Positions 8,084 through 17,651 of a stretch of DNA of 39,046 nucleotides are shown piece by piece; position 1 is the stretch's first letter; each line of letters starts with the position of its first letter. Source of the stretch: a virus (Duplodnaviria; Caudoviricetes); the IMG/VR virus record IMGVR_UViG_3300032329_000529, positions 1-39,046 of that record. One strand, written 5' to 3'. A program made the position numbers and the translations under genes. The notes under the pieces were generated by a model, which made no database searches, was not told the DNA's origin, and saw only the letters and a list, made by a program, of their open reading frames with translations.

Positions 8084-9990
8084 TGATTAGTCAAACAACG
8101 ATAGAAGCGATAAAGCAACGAATAAACATTACCGAGCTAATAGGTGACTTTGTTAAGCTAAAAAAGGAAGGCGCAAACTATGTAGGATTATGCCCTTTCC
8201 ACGATGAAAAAAGCGGGTCGTTTACCGTTAGCCATTCGAAGAATATGTTTAAATGCTTTGGATGCGGCAAAAGTGGAGACGGGATAAACTTTATCATGGA
8301 GCATAACAAACTAGGTTATGTTGATGCGATTAAATTACTTGCCACAAAATACAACATTGAAATAATCGAAGTAGAATACGAAGAAACCAAAAGAACTTAT
8401 ACAGCACCAGCTCCAAGACTTGAAAAGATTAGTAAGCGTTTTATTGAGTGGTTCGAAAATAGAGGCATAAGTAATAACACACTTTTACGGTTTAAAGTTA
8501 CCGAGTGCCTAGAATGGATGCCAAAGGCTAGAAAAGAGACTACAACGCTTTGTTTTAATTATTATGAGCAAGACAACTTAGTAAATATTAAATTTAGGGC
8601 AGCAAACAAGGATTTTAAGCTCTCAAAGGATGCTCGCCTTATATTCTATAACCTAGATGCAATTTCTGGGCTAAATGAGGCTATAATTAGCGAGGGCGAA
8701 ATAGATGCTATGTCATGGCATGAAGTTGAGGAATACGCAGTAGTAAGCGTTCCTAATGGTGCAGGAACAGGTAACTTGAAATTAGAGTATTTGGATAATT
8801 GCTATTCTTATTTTGAAGGCAAAACGAAAATTTATATTTCAACCGATAATGATGAGGCGGGGCGTAGATTATGTGAAGAACTTTGTAGGAGGTTAGGAAA
8901 AGAACGTTGCTACATTATCGAATACCCTAAAGACTGCAAAGATGCCAATGATGTATTAGTAAAACATGGGAAAGAAACATTGAGGAAATTAAAGCAAGAT
9001 GCAAAACTTTACCCATTAGACGGCGAAAGTACTATTGAGTCAATGAAGCCTATTTTATACGACTTTTACGAAAACGGTTATCCGAAAGGGTGCGAAAGTG
9101 GATTGATAGATGACAGTGGCGCAAATGAAGGATTTTTAACTTTTATCCCGCAGCAACTCACAATGGTAACTGGCATAAATGGGCACGGTAAAGATGAAAT
9201 AGTTAATGCGATTTGTGTCGGACTTGCCAAAGGTAGCGGGTGGAAAACGGCTATTTGCCAATTTGAGGAAAACCCAGAGATAACGGCGAGTAAGATAATA
9301 GAAAAGTTTGTAGGTAAAGCGTTTGATTTTCGTAAAGATGCAACTAAGCGAATGAACAAACAGGAATTTGAGCAAGGACTTTTATTTGTCGATGAATATT
9401 TCAAGGTGATGAATGTCAATGAGATGGGAACGAGTATCGACGAAATTTTAGAGAAAGCACGTCAAATGATTTTTAGATATGGCATTAATGTTTTAGTCAT
9501 TAGCCCGTGGAATTGTATTGAGCATCAAATACCAAACGGGATGGCTGAAACAAACTACATAAGTCTTACATTATCAAAGATAACTAGATTTATAAAGAAG
9601 TTTAATATACATTGCTTTCTTATTGCTCACCCAACTAAGATGCAAAAAAATTTGCAGACTAAAAAGTATGAAGTACCGACACTACAAAATATTAGCGGAT
9701 CAGTTCACTTTGCGAATAAGGCACATAATGGGCTTTCTGTATATCGTAATTTTGACGACTTTACAACAGAGGTTCATATTCAAAAGGCTAAGTTCTATTG
9801 GTTGGGTCGTATCGGTATGCGATTATTTTACTACGATTCGAAGGTTAGGCAGTATGTTAGTCAATACGCTACAACTCCAGAGAATAAACCAGTCATGCCC
9901 CCACCTAATTTTAAAAAAATAGACATCCCACCTAATTTAGAGGAAGGGCATTTATTTATAGATGAAGATTTGCAAGAACAACCGTTTTAA
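8083..9990 (+). CDS. DNA primase-helicase fusion (CHC2 zinc finger, TOPRIM, SF4/DnaB-like helicase)
   Basis: CPFHDEK...CFGC, EGEIDAMS, DND.AG, KDAND, P-loop GINGHGKD, AHPTK, ISGS. Confidence 0.93.
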   Translation: MISQTTIEAIKQRINITELIGDFVKLKKEGANYVGLCPFHDEKSGSFTVSHSKNMFKCFGCGKSGDGINFIMEHNKLGYVDAIKLLATKYNIEIIEVEYEETKRTYTAPAPRLEKISKRFIEWFENRGISNNTLLRFKVTECLEWMPKARKETTTLCFNYYEQDNLVNIKFRAANKDFKLSKDARLIFYNLDAISGLNEAIISEGEIDAMSWHEVEEYAVVSVPNGAGTGNLKLEYLDNCYSYFEGKTKIYISTDNDEAGRRLCEELCRRLGKERCYIIEYPKDCKDANDVLVKHGKETLRKLKQDAKLYPLDGESTIESMKPILYDFYENGYPKGCESGLIDDSGANEGFLTFIPQQLTMVTGINGHGKDEIVNAICVGLAKGSGWKTAICQFEENPEITASKIIEKFVGKAFDFRKDATKRMNKQEFEQGLLFVDEYFKVMNVNEMGTSIDEILEKARQMIFRYGINVLVISPWNCIEHQIPNGMAETNYISLTLSKITRFIKKFNIHCFLIAHPTKMQKNLQTKKYEVPTLQNISGSVHFANKAHNGLSVYRNFDDFTTEVHIQKAKFYWLGRIGMRLFYYDSKVRQYVSQYATTPENKPVMPPPNFKKIDIPPNLEEGHLFIDEDLQEQPF

Positions 9991-9992
9991 TT

Positions 9993-10304
9993 ATGGAAAA
10001 ATTTAATAAATACAAATTCTACATTGAACAGAAATTGCAAGAATATTGCAATCGCAAAGGGTATACTTTAGTGAAAGAGTGGCAGTTCCATAAAACTAGA
10101 AAGTTTCGTTTTGATTTTGCCGTGTTAGAAATAGCGTGTGGATTCGAATTTGATGGGATTATGAGCGCAAAAAGTAGGCATACTACAGTTACGGGCTTTA
10201 CAAATGACTGCATAAAAACTAATTTAGCGCAAAATTGCGGTTGGAAAGTGTATCGTTTTACTGTTCTAAACTATACGGATATTGATAAATTAACGTCTGA
10301 TTAA
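9993..10304 (+). CDS. PD-(D/E)XK nuclease (Vsr/DUF559-like)
   Basis: EWQFH..RKFRFDFA...EFDG...RH...K.NLAQ..GWKVYRFT. Confidence 0.8.
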   Translation: MEKFNKYKFYIEQKLQEYCNRKGYTLVKEWQFHKTRKFRFDFAVLEIACGFEFDGIMSAKSRHTTVTGFTNDCIKTNLAQNCGWKVYRFTVLNYTDIDKLTSD

Positions 10305-10312
10305 AAAAATAT

Positions 10313-10365
10313 TTGCCTATTCACCGATTAGTTTATTAATGTAACCAAAAATGACTATATTTGTG
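10313..10365 (+). repeat. Repeated promoter cassette, copy 1
   Basis: TTGCCTATTCACCGA plus TTTATTAATGTAACCAAAAATGACTATATTTGTG; near-identical to 11671-11744. Confidence 0.8.
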
Positions 10366-10381
10366 TCATAAACAAAAAGAT

Positions 10382-10567
10382 ATGAAAAAGATAACAGATT
10401 TAAAAGTAGTAGTAAAAACAAAGAGTAACTACAAAGGGCTTAATGGACAAATTTTAAAAGTAAAGGAAATACTAAACACAACAATAGTTTGCTTAGTTTT
10501 CTTAGAAGAACTTCAAAAAGAAGTTACAGTAGACTTCAACATTAAAGAGATTGTTAAGTTTATCTAG
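10382..10567 (+). CDS. Hypothetical protein
   Basis: ATG 10382 follows the -7 element at 10356-63. Confidence 0.7.
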   Translation: MKKITDLKVVVKTKSNYKGLNGQILKVKEILNTTIVCLVFLEELQKEVTVDFNIKEIVKFI

Positions 10568-10614
10568 TAAAAATGATAGGTTGAAATACACCTCTCAAAA
10601 TTTAATTTTACAAA

Positions 10615-10647
10615 TTTATTTTTGTAACCATAAATAACTTATATTTG
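10615..10647 (+). promoter_or_regulatory. Repeated promoter cassette, partial copy 2
   Basis: TTTATTTTTGTAACCATAAATAACTTATATTTG. Confidence 0.7.
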
Positions 10648-10673
10648 CATTATAAAATTAGAAAATAGAAAAA

Positions 10674-10868
10674 ATGAAAAAGTTAACACAAGAAACAGTA
10701 ATTGCAAACACAGTAAAAATGTGGAAAGAAACAAAAGGCATAGATACATATTGCACTTTTTGGTGATTTGCAAAGCACGCAGTAAAAAACAAAAGCTTAG
10801 AAAAATTGCAACTTTTGAAAACTGAATACTACGTTTTAAAAGGAGTAAAAGTTTTTGGAACACTTTAA
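10674..10868 (+). pseudogene. Small gene interrupted by an in-frame TGA
   Basis: Promoter and AAATTAGAAA motif precede the ATG; 30 codons, TGA at 10764, then 33 more open codons to TAA. Confidence 0.5.
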
Positions 10869-10891
10869 TTTATAATTCACCCCAACAAGTT

Positions 10892-10920
10892 GGCAGACCT
10901 TCAAAACTGCCTGTTTTATT
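10892..10920 (+). terminator. Hairpin / terminator
   Basis: GGCAG-accttcaaaa-CTGCC followed by TGTTTTATT. Confidence 0.45.
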
Positions 10921-11139
10921 ATGCTATCCTCAACCCCGCTATTTATACGTTCATTTCGCTTATCTCATGTGCTAGATAGACAAACACTAGCAGTTAAGCG
11001 TAAAATGTCTAAATACGGCTGGAATGTGTTTTTACATCGTAGAAATGATATTTTAGCTAACAGAAAAAAAATTGTAGAATATTATGAAAAAAAGCAACGC
11101 AGGGAGAAAGTCACTACCTTACAAGTCAGTGCCTCTTAA
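10921..11139 (+). CDS. Hypothetical basic protein
   Basis: 72-aa ORF. Confidence 0.45.
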   Translation: MLSSTPLFIRSFRLSHVLDRQTLAVKRKMSKYGWNVFLHRRNDILANRKKIVEYYEKKQRREKVTTLQVSAS

Positions 11140-11221
11140 TGTAAGAGTGCCTGAACCGATTAAAGAAAAAATTAAAGAACAAGTAAAAACAGCGATTAAA
11201 TTATGGAAAAGTCACCAGTAG
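11084..11221 (+). CDS. Small AT-hook-like + ribbon-helix-helix DNA-binding protein (45 aa); not in the ORF track
   Basis: MKKSNAGRKSLPYKSVPLNVRVPEPIKEKIKEQVKTAIKLWKSHQ. Confidence 0.6.
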   Translation: MKKSNAGRKSLPYKSVPLNVRVPEPIKEKIKEQVKTAIKLWKSHQ

Positions 11222-11667
11222 AATTACTATCAATTGTTTGCGAAGTTTTAAAAGCAAACGAAAATCAAATTAAAGGGAATTGTCGTGAAGGTCAATATGT
11301 TTCAATCAGACATATTTACTCGTACATAGCAAAAGAGTATTTCTATTTTACCTTAAAACAAATAGGCGATACTTTAGGCGGTCGTGACCACTCAACTATT
11401 TACCACTCTATCAATTGCATAAAGATTAAATTAGAACTGAAAGACGAAAAGTATATAACCAAAATAAGTGATGTACTAACTAAGTTAGGAATTGATTTTG
11501 AAGTTAAAAAAACTGAAAAAAATATGCTTCTTTCATTAGTAGATTTGACAAGTAAATACAATTCACTTCGTAAAGAATACGCACTACTAAATTCTGAAAA
11601 TACATTCCTTAAAAAGAAAATAAGCAATCTTGAAACGCAAAACAGACTTTATAAGATTCACCGATAA
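11203..11667 (+). CDS. DnaA C-terminal (domain IV) HTH protein with coiled coil
   Basis: RHIYSYIAKEY...TLKQIGDTLGGRDHSTIYHS matches the DnaA signature GGRDH(S/T)T. Confidence 0.88.
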   Translation: MEKSPVELLSIVCEVLKANENQIKGNCREGQYVSIRHIYSYIAKEYFYFTLKQIGDTLGGRDHSTIYHSINCIKIKLELKDEKYITKISDVLTKLGIDFEVKKTEKNMLLSLVDLTSKYNSLRKEYALLNSENTFLKKKISNLETQNRLYKIHR

Positions 11668-11670
11668 AAA

Positions 11671-11744
11671 TTGCCTATTCACCGAATAACCGATATTTTA
11701 AAACATTGTATTTATTTATGTAACCAAAAACGGCTATATTTGTG
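11671..11744 (+). repeat. Repeated promoter cassette, copy 3
   Basis: TTGCCTATTCACCGA...TTTATTTATGTAACCAAAAACGGCTATATTTGTG. Confidence 0.8.
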
Positions 11745-11777
11745 GAACAATTAATAACAAACAAAAAAATAGAAAAA

Positions 11778-12605
11778 ATGAAAAGTACAACAGTAAAAAC
11801 AGAAGTAAAAGTAATCAGCGGAATTAGTTATTCTGGAACTGAAATGATTAAAGTAGTAAGAAGAGATTGTAGTATTGGCGAAACCACATTTTTTATTAAA
11901 TTAGACAGTAAACGCCGTGTAATTTCAATATCTAACGTTTATGATTCGTTTTGCAAAATAGGATACGATTACAATTTAGCTGGTACAGATACAGGTTTTT
12001 TAGTTGATGAAATTGTTAAAGAACTAGAAAAATATAATTCTTCAGTAATCGTTATAAGCCGTGCCTACCAAAAGTATTACGATGCTAGATTATTACAAGA
12101 CTTCAAAATACAAAATAATTATGGTAATGTTTACGATTACCCACTTTATGAAATGGTTGAAGAATTAAAGTCAAACCGTGTTATTTTATCTTTACTAAAG
12201 AAAAATATCGAATTAAATTTTAACTCAAATAAGCTAAAGAAAGAAGTTGATGCAAAAAATGAAACCATAAAAGAATATGAAGAGGTTATCCGTTTTGCAT
12301 CCATTTTAAAAGCCCCTACTGTTAAAGGTAAAGTTATTGAACTTGCAAAAAATAAAGCAAAAGAAGCCGATAGAAAAAAGAAATTAGCTGATAAAAAAGA
12401 AGCTGATTACCTAAAAGCATTTTATAAAAAGTTTGGTAAAGATAAATCACCAGTTACCGTAACTCGTAATGTTTGGAGTAAAGGGTCAAGAGGTCATTTT
12501 AACCTTAAAGGAGTAGAATCGTTTAGAGGTTGTGTAATTTCTACAACGGCAAAAACCACAACGATTGAAACACTTGAAGGAGAAATTATAACTACAAAGG
12601 ATTAA
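11778..12605 (+). CDS. Hypothetical protein in a moron-like cassette
   Basis: Own promoter at 11735-42, ATG 11778 after AATAGAAAAA, terminator downstream. Confidence 0.8.
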   Translation: MKSTTVKTEVKVISGISYSGTEMIKVVRRDCSIGETTFFIKLDSKRRVISISNVYDSFCKIGYDYNLAGTDTGFLVDEIVKELEKYNSSVIVISRAYQKYYDARLLQDFKIQNNYGNVYDYPLYEMVEELKSNRVILSLLKKNIELNFNSNKLKKEVDAKNETIKEYEEVIRFASILKAPTVKGKVIELAKNKAKEADRKKKLADKKEADYLKAFYKKFGKDKSPVTVTRNVWSKGSRGHFNLKGVESFRGCVISTTAKTTTIETLEGEIITTKD

Positions 12606-12617
12606 TAATTACATACT

Positions 12618-12647
12618 AAACAAGGCAGATAACAACTGCCTTGTTTT
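12618..12647. terminator. Bidirectional-type intrinsic terminator
   Basis: AAACAAGGCAG-ataacaa-CTGCCTTGTTT, perfect 11-bp stem. Confidence 0.75.
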
Positions 12648-12722
12648 AACCTCATTCGCAATTTTGCAATATATTTCACTACACTTTTTTTTATTTCAAT
12701 ATTTAGTTGTAGTTTTGGTGTA

Positions 12723-13832
12723 ATGATTTACATAAATATAACAGACATTAAGGCAAACCCAAAAAATCCTCGTGTAATTAAAGACGAAAAGTTTTCTAAA
12801 TTAGTTAAGTCATTACAAGACTTTCCAGAAATGCTAGAAAAACGCCCATTAGTTTGCTTCACTGACATAGATGGTAAGCTAGTAGTACTCGGTGGCAATA
12901 TGCGCCTAAAAGCGGCTAAAGAATGCGGAATGAATCAGCTGCCAGTTATACTTGCAGACGATTGGACGGAAGAACAAAAGAATGAGTTTCTGATTAAAGA
13001 TAACGTAGGTTTTGGTGATTGGAACATTGAAGAGCTGCAATCCGATTGGGACGTTGAGAAATTGGGAGAATGGGGGGTGGATATTCCTGCAGGATTTAAG
13101 GTGGAACTCGAAGCCGAAGAGGATGAGTTTGATATTCATGTTGGTGGAAGCGAAACCGACATAGTATTGGGTGATTTGTTTGAGATAGGGCCGCATAGAT
13201 TGCTTTGTGGTAGCAGTATTGATGCTGACCATATAAATAAATTAATGGTTGGTATTGATCCAGATTTAATACTTACTGACCCACCATACGGAATGAATGC
13301 AGTAAGTAAAAGTGGTGTATTAAAGGAAAGATATGGTAATGATATTTTAGGAGATGATAATACAGATGTTGCAAAAGATAGTTTTAATTTAATTTATTCA
13401 CTTTATCCTAAATCACATCATATTTGGTGGGGTGCTAATTATTATTCATCTGCATTGCCTGATAGTGAATGTTGGCTAGTATGGGATAAAAATAATGGAG
13501 GCAGCGACCAAACTGATTGTGAACTTGCTTGGACTAATATTAGAAGTGTTGTAAGACAATTTACACAAGCATCAGAAAAGACAAATAGAGTCCATCCTAC
13601 ACAAAAGCCAATTAAATTGGTAGAATGGTGTATTGAAAGAACAAAAGATAAAATTAAAAATATAGCTGATTTTTTTGGTGGTAGTGGAGTAATAATGGCA
13701 ACAGGACATCAAAAAGGAGTTCCAACATTCTTAATGGAACTAGACCCTAAATACTGCCAAGTAATAATAGACAGAATGAAAAAGTTAGACCCAACAATAA
13801 AAATAAAACGTAACGGAAATGCCATTCATTAA
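12723..13832 (+). CDS. ParB-N domain fused to an N6-adenine/N4-cytosine DNA methyltransferase (beta class)
   Basis: NPKNPR...GGNMRLKA ParB-N, catalytic DPPY, HPTQKP, DFFGGSG SAM motif; -7 element TAGTTTTG at 12710. Confidence 0.92.
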   Translation: MIYINITDIKANPKNPRVIKDEKFSKLVKSLQDFPEMLEKRPLVCFTDIDGKLVVLGGNMRLKAAKECGMNQLPVILADDWTEEQKNEFLIKDNVGFGDWNIEELQSDWDVEKLGEWGVDIPAGFKVELEAEEDEFDIHVGGSETDIVLGDLFEIGPHRLLCGSSIDADHINKLMVGIDPDLILTDPPYGMNAVSKSGVLKERYGNDILGDDNTDVAKDSFNLIYSLYPKSHHIWWGANYYSSALPDSECWLVWDKNNGGSDQTDCELAWTNIRSVVRQFTQASEKTNRVHPTQKPIKLVEWCIERTKDKIKNIADFFGGSGVIMATGHQKGVPTFLMELDPKYCQVIIDRMKKLDPTIKIKRNGNAIH

Positions 13833-14253
13833 AGGAAACAATTACGGAAATACATTTAAGAAAGGACAAAGCGGTAACCCGAAGGGGCAGCCAAAAAAAG
13901 TATTGTCACGGGTTAATGAACAGCTAAAAGAAGAGGGATATTCTGCGGCTTCGGCTAATAATATAGTTGAAGCTTATTCTATATTGATTAACCTAGATGA
14001 AGAGCGTATTAAGTCAATAATAAGCGATAATAGTTATCCTATGCTTATGCGTATCGTGGCAAAAGAAATGCTGTCTAAGAACGGTGCAGAAATGATTGAG
14101 AAAATACTAGACAGGGCGCATGGTAAGGCAATACAAAAACAAGCCAAAGTTAACAAGGACGGGGAGGATGTAAATATAGGTTATGATATTTCCAAGCTAT
14201 CCGCTGAAACAATTAAAGAGTTATTAAATGCTTCCACTCCCGAAACCAAATGA
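13819..14253 (+). CDS. Terminase small subunit
   Basis: [14 protein letters not shown]-terminus (DUF5681-like), LDRAHGK; overlaps the terL start. Confidence 0.8.
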   Translation: MPFIKGNNYGNTFKKGQSGNPKGQPKKVLSRVNEQLKEEGYSAASANNIVEAYSILINLDEERIKSIISDNSYPMLMRIVAKEMLSKNGAEMIEKILDRAHGKAIQKQAKVNKDGEDVNIGYDISKLSAETIKELLNASTPETK

Positions 14254-15658
14254 GTTACGAAGACAACTTTTTAAATTATCATTCTATGAGTTTGTCGTTT
14301 ACTTTTGGGATACTATAATAAACGAAAAGCCTATATGGAATTGGCATATTGAATACTTATGTAATGAACTGCAAATAGTAGGCGAAAGAGTAGCTAAAAG
14401 ATTACCAAAAGAATACGATTACTACATTATAAATATCCCCCCCGGTTCTTCCAAGTCTACTATAGTTAGCGAGATGTATGTTTTGTGGTGTTGGACTATA
14501 GATACATCACAACGGTTTATTTGTGGTAGTTATGCAAGTACACCCGCAGAGGATATAAGCGAAAAATGCTATAACATTTATAACAGCGATAAGTTTAGAA
14601 ACTTATATCTTAACTTAGTTTCTAAACAAAGTGGAGGTAAAACGGGATTTAAAAATGGCTTAGGAGGTGAACGTTACACCACATCAACAGGTAGTAGTAT
14701 AACGGGCATTCACGCCCATCAAATTATACTAGATGACCCAATGAATCCAGATATAGCTAATAGTGATAAGCTAAGAGAAACCGCTAATAAATGGGTGACT
14801 GAAACGATAAGTAGCCGTAAAGTAGACCATGATGTAACTGTTACTATAGTTGTAATGCAACGGCTACATGAACAAGATAGTACAGGTATGCTACTTGCAA
14901 AGAAAGGGCTAAAGATTAAACATATTTGCATACCAGCTGAATTATCGAATGACGTAAAACCTATTGAATTAGCTGATAATTATGTAGATGGTTTATTTGA
15001 TGCAGTTAGAAAGAGAAAGGATATATTAGCAACTATCAAAGAGGACTTAGGAAGCTATGGATATGCAGGACAAATGATGCAACGACCTTCTCCAAGTGAA
15101 GGCGGAATAATTAAAAAGGAGTGGTTTAGAATTATCAGTAAGTTTGAGTTGCCAGTCCCTGAGTGTATTAACTTTCAATTTGATACAGCATACACAGATA
15201 AACAAATAAACGACCCTAGTGCAGGAATAGCTTACTTTAAATATAAAGGCATTGTTTATGTGGTAGGAGTTGCAGAAGTTTGGAAAGAGTTCCCTGATTT
15301 ATGCGAATGGCTTAAAGATTATACTAGAGAATATAAGTACAATCAATTAAGCCGTATATTTGTTGAGCCTAAAGCGAGCGGAAAACCTATTGTACAGAAT
15401 ATTAGGCGACAAACTAATTTGAATATAATTGAAAGTGAACCGCCTAAGATTGATAAAGTAAGTAGGGCAAGGGCTGTAAGTGCAAAGTTAGAAAGTGGAA
15501 AGGTAGTACTACTAGAATCACATTGGAACGATAATTTTTTAATGCAATTATCTTCTTTTCCTAATGCCTCACATGATGACATGGTAGATTGTTTAGTTGC
15601 ATTGACTGATAGAGAATTAATAAAACAGAGTAGTTATGGACAATACGATTTCGGATAA
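14228..15658 (+). CDS. terL: Terminase large subunit
   Basis: NWH, IPPGSSKS Walker A, ILDDP Walker B, MQRLH, YAGQMMQ.P, nuclease DTAY...D and HDDMVD. Confidence 0.95.
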   Translation: MLPLPKPNELRRQLFKLSFYEFVVYFWDTIINEKPIWNWHIEYLCNELQIVGERVAKRLPKEYDYYIINIPPGSSKSTIVSEMYVLWCWTIDTSQRFICGSYASTPAEDISEKCYNIYNSDKFRNLYLNLVSKQSGGKTGFKNGLGGERYTTSTGSSITGIHAHQIILDDPMNPDIANSDKLRETANKWVTETISSRKVDHDVTVTIVVMQRLHEQDSTGMLLAKKGLKIKHICIPAELSNDVKPIELADNYVDGLFDAVRKRKDILATIKEDLGSYGYAGQMMQRPSPSEGGIIKKEWFRIISKFELPVPECINFQFDTAYTDKQINDPSAGIAYFKYKGIVYVVGVAEVWKEFPDLCEWLKDYTREYKYNQLSRIFVEPKASGKPIVQNIRRQTNLNIIESEPPKIDKVSRARAVSAKLESGKVVLLESHWNDNFLMQLSSFPNASHDDMVDCLVALTDRELIKQSSYGQYDFG

Positions 15659-15959
15659 TAATAAACAATGGCTACAAGCAAATTATAATATTTGGGAGCG
15701 TCATAGAGTAGGAAATTTTAAGCATATTGATAGAGAAGAAGCTAAACGGTTTCAGTCAATAGCAAAAGAAATTGACGATGATAGATACTTTAGTATTTAC
15801 TCTTGTGATAAATGTATTCAAGAATTAGTTAGATTTGTATTTACTCAATACGATAAAGAAAATGGGAAAAGCATCGAAGTTAAAGGTAGCGAGGAAGTTA
15901 GCAAAGGAATATCTACCGCCAAACGAAAGTCACGAAAAGAACTTAAAAGCAGCGTATAA
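15636..15959 (+). CDS. Hypothetical protein with CxxC
   Basis: 107 aa containing CDKC. Confidence 0.65.
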   Translation: MDNTISDNNKQWLQANYNIWERHRVGNFKHIDREEAKRFQSIAKEIDDDRYFSIYSCDKCIQELVRFVFTQYDKENGKSIEVKGSEEVSKGISTAKRKSRKELKSSV

Positions 15960-16026
15960 AAAGTACGGTGCAAAAGGGTTATTAGGTTATTTTGTAGCAT
16001 TTAAGAAAGATGAAACTAACGCTTAA
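15862..16026 (+). CDS. Small basic hypothetical protein
   Basis: MGKASKLKVARKLAK..., overlaps the previous ORF. Confidence 0.45.
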   Translation: MGKASKLKVARKLAKEYLPPNESHEKNLKAAYKKYGAKGLLGYFVAFKKDETNA

Positions 16027-16681
16027 ACAATATCAAGAGGTACAAAAGATTTGTAAAGAAAATAGTGATGTAACTATTGCTAATGGCTTAACTATATCAT
16101 ATCTATTTGGGTTAACTATTGAGCAAGTAAATCAACTTTCAGCAAAGCAATACTTTAAATACTTAGGCAAAATTAGCGTTAGTAAACCATTGTTTAATTT
16201 TACTGATAGATTTGAAAATGATGTCAAAAATATTACTTTCGGGCAATGGTTAGAAGTTACACAGTGGCTTAAATATGACATTGATACCATCATTGATAAA
16301 GTAGCTGCATCTATTTTATACGATAGAACTTCACATCCATTAGACTGTAAACGTATTCAAAAGTTTAATGCAGGAATAGTTATTGATGCAGTTAGCAAGT
16401 TTATAGAAAGTTACGCTAAGTTACTTAATGAGTATGAGTGGTTATTCAAAAGTGATGATGATTTCGAAGGCGAGACAGAAGCAGAACGTTTAAGACGTTT
16501 ACGCAAAACACATCCATTTTTAAAGCAATGGGGATGGATATTCTCAGCTAAAGAAGTTGCGCAGCATAACGGCATTAAATTAGATGAAGCCTATAATTTG
16601 CATATCATAAAAGCATTAAATGATATGTGTTATTTAAAATCACTTTCTAAATATAATGAATGGCAAAGCAAATCAGTTTAG
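16010..16681 (+). CDS. Putative tail assembly chaperone
   Basis: TLKQYQE start, ITFGQW, F.KQWGW motif; position ahead of the tail genes. Confidence 0.55.
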   Translation: MKLTLKQYQEVQKICKENSDVTIANGLTISYLFGLTIEQVNQLSAKQYFKYLGKISVSKPLFNFTDRFENDVKNITFGQWLEVTQWLKYDIDTIIDKVAASILYDRTSHPLDCKRIQKFNAGIVIDAVSKFIESYAKLLNEYEWLFKSDDDFEGETEAERLRRLRKTHPFLKQWGWIFSAKEVAQHNGIKLDEAYNLHIIKALNDMCYLKSLSKYNEWQSKSV

Positions 16682-17280
16682 ATTTTATTGATAGCTTAGG
16701 GAATGGCAAAGATGACTTCTACCAAGCTAAAAGTACTAATGTTAAGACTACTGTATTAAAGTTAGGCATCCTTTACGCCAAGCACATGGCAGACGAATTA
16801 AATAAAGCCCATGCAGTAAGTAGCGGTAAAAGTGCGGATAGTTTGAATCCAGATGAAGTAGTAACAAATAACGGTGTTACTAGCGTTAATATCAAAGGTA
16901 GTTTTTATTTAAAGTTTGTTGATAAAGGGGTAAATGGTTGGGCGCAAAATAGAGGTAGTATTTATCAGTATAAGACTAAAGGAGTTAAGGCAGGTAGTCC
17001 AATGGTTAACTCAATTAAGGCTTATTTAGAGCGTGAAAAAGGATTTACAAAGGATAAGTACAAGTCGGGTAAAGCTATTAATGACAAAGAAGAAAAGCGC
17101 AATAAATTAAAGAATGTAGATATAACTACACGCCGAGCGATGACGGTATCTTATATGATTAAACGAATGGGATTAAAGCCTACTCACTTTTTAAGCAAGG
17201 CAACAGAAAAAGTAAAAAAAGATATTGTAAAAGAATTAGGCGAAGCATTCAAAAATGATATAATTTCGCAAATAAATTAG
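16660..17280 (+). CDS. Putative tail completion/neck protein
   Basis: Basic protein with Y.KFVDKGVNG and GLKPTHFL motifs. Confidence 0.6.
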   Translation: MAKQISLDFIDSLGNGKDDFYQAKSTNVKTTVLKLGILYAKHMADELNKAHAVSSGKSADSLNPDEVVTNNGVTSVNIKGSFYLKFVDKGVNGWAQNRGSIYQYKTKGVKAGSPMVNSIKAYLEREKGFTKDKYKSGKAINDKEEKRNKLKNVDITTRRAMTVSYMIKRMGLKPTHFLSKATEKVKKDIVKELGEAFKNDIISQIN

Positions 17281-17285
17281 AAAAT

Positions 17286-17651
17286 ATGAAAAGATTAATT
17301 ATTGCAGCATCATTAGTAATAGTAATACTTAGCTGCCAAAAAGAAACTACAAAAGCAAGAACATTTAGTAGTGGACAGATAACCGATACCACTTACGTTA
17401 AAGTAACTGAAATGCACAACTATAACGTTCCTGAACAGGGCGTTAGAATGATGTATTGGGCTGATACAAATGCAGTAAAAGAATTGATTTTAATGATAAA
17501 TTCAAATGATGGGCATGGATGGACGCAAAAGCAAGGGGACTTAACTTATCAAAGGTTCTTGATAGGCGGATACTACTTTAAATACTTTTTCCACTTAGTT
17601 CTAAAAGATAATAGTACTTTTGATACTCAAATAAAAGAGTATCACCGATGA
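17286..17651 (+). CDS. Lipoprotein with its own promoter (possible superinfection exclusion)
   Basis: MKRLIIAASLVIVILS-C lipobox; TAATTTCG at 17261-68. Confidence 0.75.
   Translation: MKRLIIAASLVIVILSCQKETTKARTFSSGQITDTTYVKVTEMHNYNVPEQGVRMMYWADTNAVKELILMINSNDGHGWTQKQGDLTYQRFLIGGYYFKYFFHLVLKDNSTFDTQIKEYHR

Noticed and set aside
11203-11667. Host dnaA gene (would imply a chromosomal fragment)
   Set aside because: Only domain IV is present, with no AAA+ domain, and the context is entirely phage.
15862-15872. G GGA AAA slippery heptamer near the tail chaperone region
   Set aside because: It sits at the start codon of the small ORF; a -1 shift would only enter the end of the upstream gene, not create a G/GT-type fusion.
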